From an uncultured Roseobacteraceae bacterium (GTDB lineage Bacteria; Bacteroidota; Bacteroidia; Cytophagales; Flammeovirgaceae): 64,000 bases of DNA. The DNA is taken from positions 1,164 to 65,163 of the forward strand of contig CAZRQL010000012.1 of NCBI GenBank assembly GCA_964602415.1, read 5' to 3'. Below the pieces are notes generated by a model that made no database searches, was not told where the DNA came from, and was given only the letters and a program-made list of their open reading frames with translations. Position 1 is the first letter of the stretch; each line of letters opens with the position of its first letter. Position numbers and translations under genes: made by a program. This document shows, piece by piece, positions 62,379 to 64,000 of this stretch.

Positions 62379-62795
62379 TTATTGGATGTGGTTTTTGGCG
62401 TAAATTTGAATGAGCTTCAGCACAGCCCCTATACCGTTGGAGCGTTGAGTCCCAATCAAAGAATTCAGACCTATTTTTTCGGGGAAATACACTTTTAGAT
62501 TGAGAATCTCTTGAGGGGTCAGATGAGAATAAACCCCTGTAAACAAATACAATAAGCCCTTAACAATCGCTGTGTTGCTGTCTGCCAAAAAGACAAGCCT
62601 CTCTCCATCGTATTTGGGGACGAGCCATGCTTTCGATTGACAGCCCTTTATGGCAAAATCATCTATTTTGAAAGATTCGTCAAGCGGATTGAGTTTTTCG
62701 GCCAAATCCATGATGTAAAATATGGCACTTTCGCGGTCATCTCCAAAAAGAGAAAACTCTTCAATAATCTGTTCTTGAGTAAGTTGAGTCGTCAT
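62379..62795 (-). CDS. sufE: SufE-like cysteine desulfuration protein
   Basis: 138 aa with the conserved persulfide Cys in IKGCQSKAWL. Confidence 0.85.
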   Translation of the reverse strand: MTTQLTQEQIIEEFSLFGDDRESAIFYIMDLAEKLNPLDESFKIDDFAIKGCQSKAWLVPKYDGERLVFLADSNTAIVKGLLYLFTGVYSHLTPQEILNLKVYFPEKIGLNSLIGTQRSNGIGAVLKLIQIYAKNHIQ

Positions 62796-63006
62796 TTATT
62801 TTTAGCACTTGTGTCAAAATTAGTTAAGTTCTATCAATATAGGTAGTCAAATTTTGAACATTGTTCGCAAAGAACAATTTTCATTGTTACTCTTTTAGTT
62901 TGTTCGTTGATTATGAAATATTTAACTTGTTCATTATTAATTTATTTTAGCTTGTTAAAATGTTTTTTTACTCAATAAACAATATTTTATGGTTGAATTT
63001 TGAGAT

Positions 63007-63840
63007 TTGAAAACACAGGTTTTACTTTTGGGAACTCAAAATTTAAACATGGGTCACATCTTAGTTCCAACGGATTTTTCGCCCAACGCATCGCAGGCTC
63101 TTGATTTTGCGCTCCAATTGGCTCAATATAACCAAGATGAGGTTACTGTTTTTCATGCTTTTAGATCGAAAACAGACCTTCTTGAGGTTGATTTTGAAGT
63201 AGAAAGCCCTCGCGCACACATGGATGAGTTGCTTAAAAGCCATCGAGGCGGTAAAGTTTTTGGCTTGATCAAAGAGGGTGATGTATTGGATGCCATTGCT
63301 GAACTGACGGCCAGCGGGCTGTACTCTATGGTGGTCATGGGCGCAAAAGGAGCAGGCAGTATTTCAGAGCGTCTTTTTGGGAGCATAACTACCCAAGTGC
63401 TTGAAAAGATAGAACTTCCTCTGTTGGTAGTGCCTGAAAAATCTCATTTTAAGCCGATTAAGAAAGTAGCACTTGCTTTGTCTTTTTCTACCGAAGACAT
63501 GCAAGCCATCGAAGTGGTCAAAAATTTTGCTTTTCAGTGGGATGCTTGCTTGGTTTGTTTTCATGTGGCTTTTGATGCCGGCGATCAGGTAGAAGCCGAA
63601 GCCAAGATGACACAAATTCAAGAGAATTTTTGGGAAACCCCCATAGACAAACTGAGTTTTGAGGTGGTGGTCAATGAAGACATCCAAGACGGAATCAATG
63701 AATTTGTGAAAAATTACTCAGTTGATGTGTTGGCGGTTGTGCCTTTGAAGCATGGCTTCTGGAGTTCCTTTTTTCAAAGCAGTGTATCTCAGAAACTGGC
63801 TTTGCGAAGCCAGATTCCCCTACTCATCGTTAAAGTTTAG
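63007..63840 (+). CDS. Tandem-domain universal stress protein (UspA family)
   Basis: Two Usp domains (HILVPTDFSPNA...MVVMGAKGAG...GSITTQVLEKIELPLLVVP; second half ...VDVLAVVP...SVSQKLALRSQIPLLIV). The likely start is the ATG at 63049. Confidence 0.85.
   Translation: MKTQVLLLGTQNLNMGHILVPTDFSPNASQALDFALQLAQYNQDEVTVFHAFRSKTDLLEVDFEVESPRAHMDELLKSHRGGKVFGLIKEGDVLDAIAELTASGLYSMVVMGAKGAGSISERLFGSITTQVLEKIELPLLVVPEKSHFKPIKKVALALSFSTEDMQAIEVVKNFAFQWDACLVCFHVAFDAGDQVEAEAKMTQIQENFWETPIDKLSFEVVVNEDIQDGINEFVKNYSVDVLAVVPLKHGFWSSFFQSSVSQKLALRSQIPLLIVKV
63023..63030 (+). promoter_or_regulatory. Bacteroidota -7 promoter box (TACTTTTG) for the usp gene
   Basis: Exact TAnnTTTG match about 19 nt upstream of the ATG at 63049. 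This argues for that start rather than 63007. Confidence 0.4.
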
Positions 63841-63842
63841 TC

Positions 63843-64000
63843 ATGTTGCTTTGTATAGAAACCTCATTGTCAAAGAGTTCTATTGCCCTGTCGCAGAGCA
63901 ACGAAGTATTTGCGTTCAAAGAGTTGCAAGGCACAGAGGGGCTTGCCGCGGAGGTTGAGTTGCTTTTGATGCAGCACGCTGTGGCCGCCCAAGACCTTGC
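63843..64000 (+). CDS. tsaB: tRNA threonylcarbamoyladenosine biosynthesis protein TsaB (N-terminal 52 codons; runs off the window end)
   Basis: Manual translation gives MLLCIETSLSKSSIALSQSNEVFAFKELQGTEGLAAEVELLLMQHAVAAQDL, a TsaB-type N-terminus. It is open to the window end. Confidence 0.6.
   Translation, partial: MLLCIETSLSKSSIALSQSNEVFAFKELQGTEGLAAEVELLLMQHAVAAQDL

Noticed and set aside
1-64000. Search for mobile elements, integrases, transposases, restriction-modification, toxin-antitoxin pairs, CRISPR-Cas, or reverse transcriptases (retron/DGR).
   Set aside because: None of the ORF translations shows the corresponding motifs: no DDE or Tyr/Ser recombinase, no YxDD reverse transcriptase, no Cas signatures. 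The window reads as core chromosome rather than an accessory island.

Overview
This 64-kb window is a housekeeping-dominated chromosomal segment of a Bacteroidota-type genome. Three things support that assignment. Two proteins carry T9SS C-terminal sorting domains. TAnnTTTG -7 promoter boxes sit 15-25 nt upstream of many ATGs. Several Bacteroidota-typical families are present (DUF4290, DUF4783, DUF3822, GWxTD, TIGR02757, DUF349, DUF5916), all named from memory. I call about 58 protein-coding genes. They include the str ribosomal operon (rpsL-rpsG-fusA-rpsJ), prfA, purD, ilvE, kynU, dcd, pdxA, coaD, fabD, rlmD, tsaC and a partial tsaB. Also present are the antiporters nhaA, nhaC and a CaCA member, two membrane desaturases, and isolated nuoJ and nuoD genes. 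Two large paralogous sensor-PP2C (SpoIIE) phosphatases and a 1519-aa T9SS cargo protein built of three tandem (Ig-like + six-bladed NHL propeller) modules stand out by size. I recognised no rRNA, tRNA, CRISPR array, transposase, integrase or prophage, and I see no convincing multi-gene novel system. The best second-look candidates are listed here. (1) An orphan 469-aa protein made of three TIR/DUF4062-like modules. (2) The triple-NHL secreted protein, which has a T17 homopolymer just upstream of its start. (3) An in-frame A15 tract inside one sensor phosphatase. (4) nuoD and nuoJ standing alone with their own promoters. (5) A degenerate hairpin-repeat block in the non-coding DNA downstream of rpsJ. 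(6) An orphan TerD gene whose 3' end overlaps that of a PP2C sensor. (7) A GCS2-like ligase fused to CBS domains. All family names come from motif recognition by eye, with no database search. Hand-derived coordinates of short motifs may be off by 1-2 nt, because one hand-count near 12840 disagreed by 1 nt with the ORF track.
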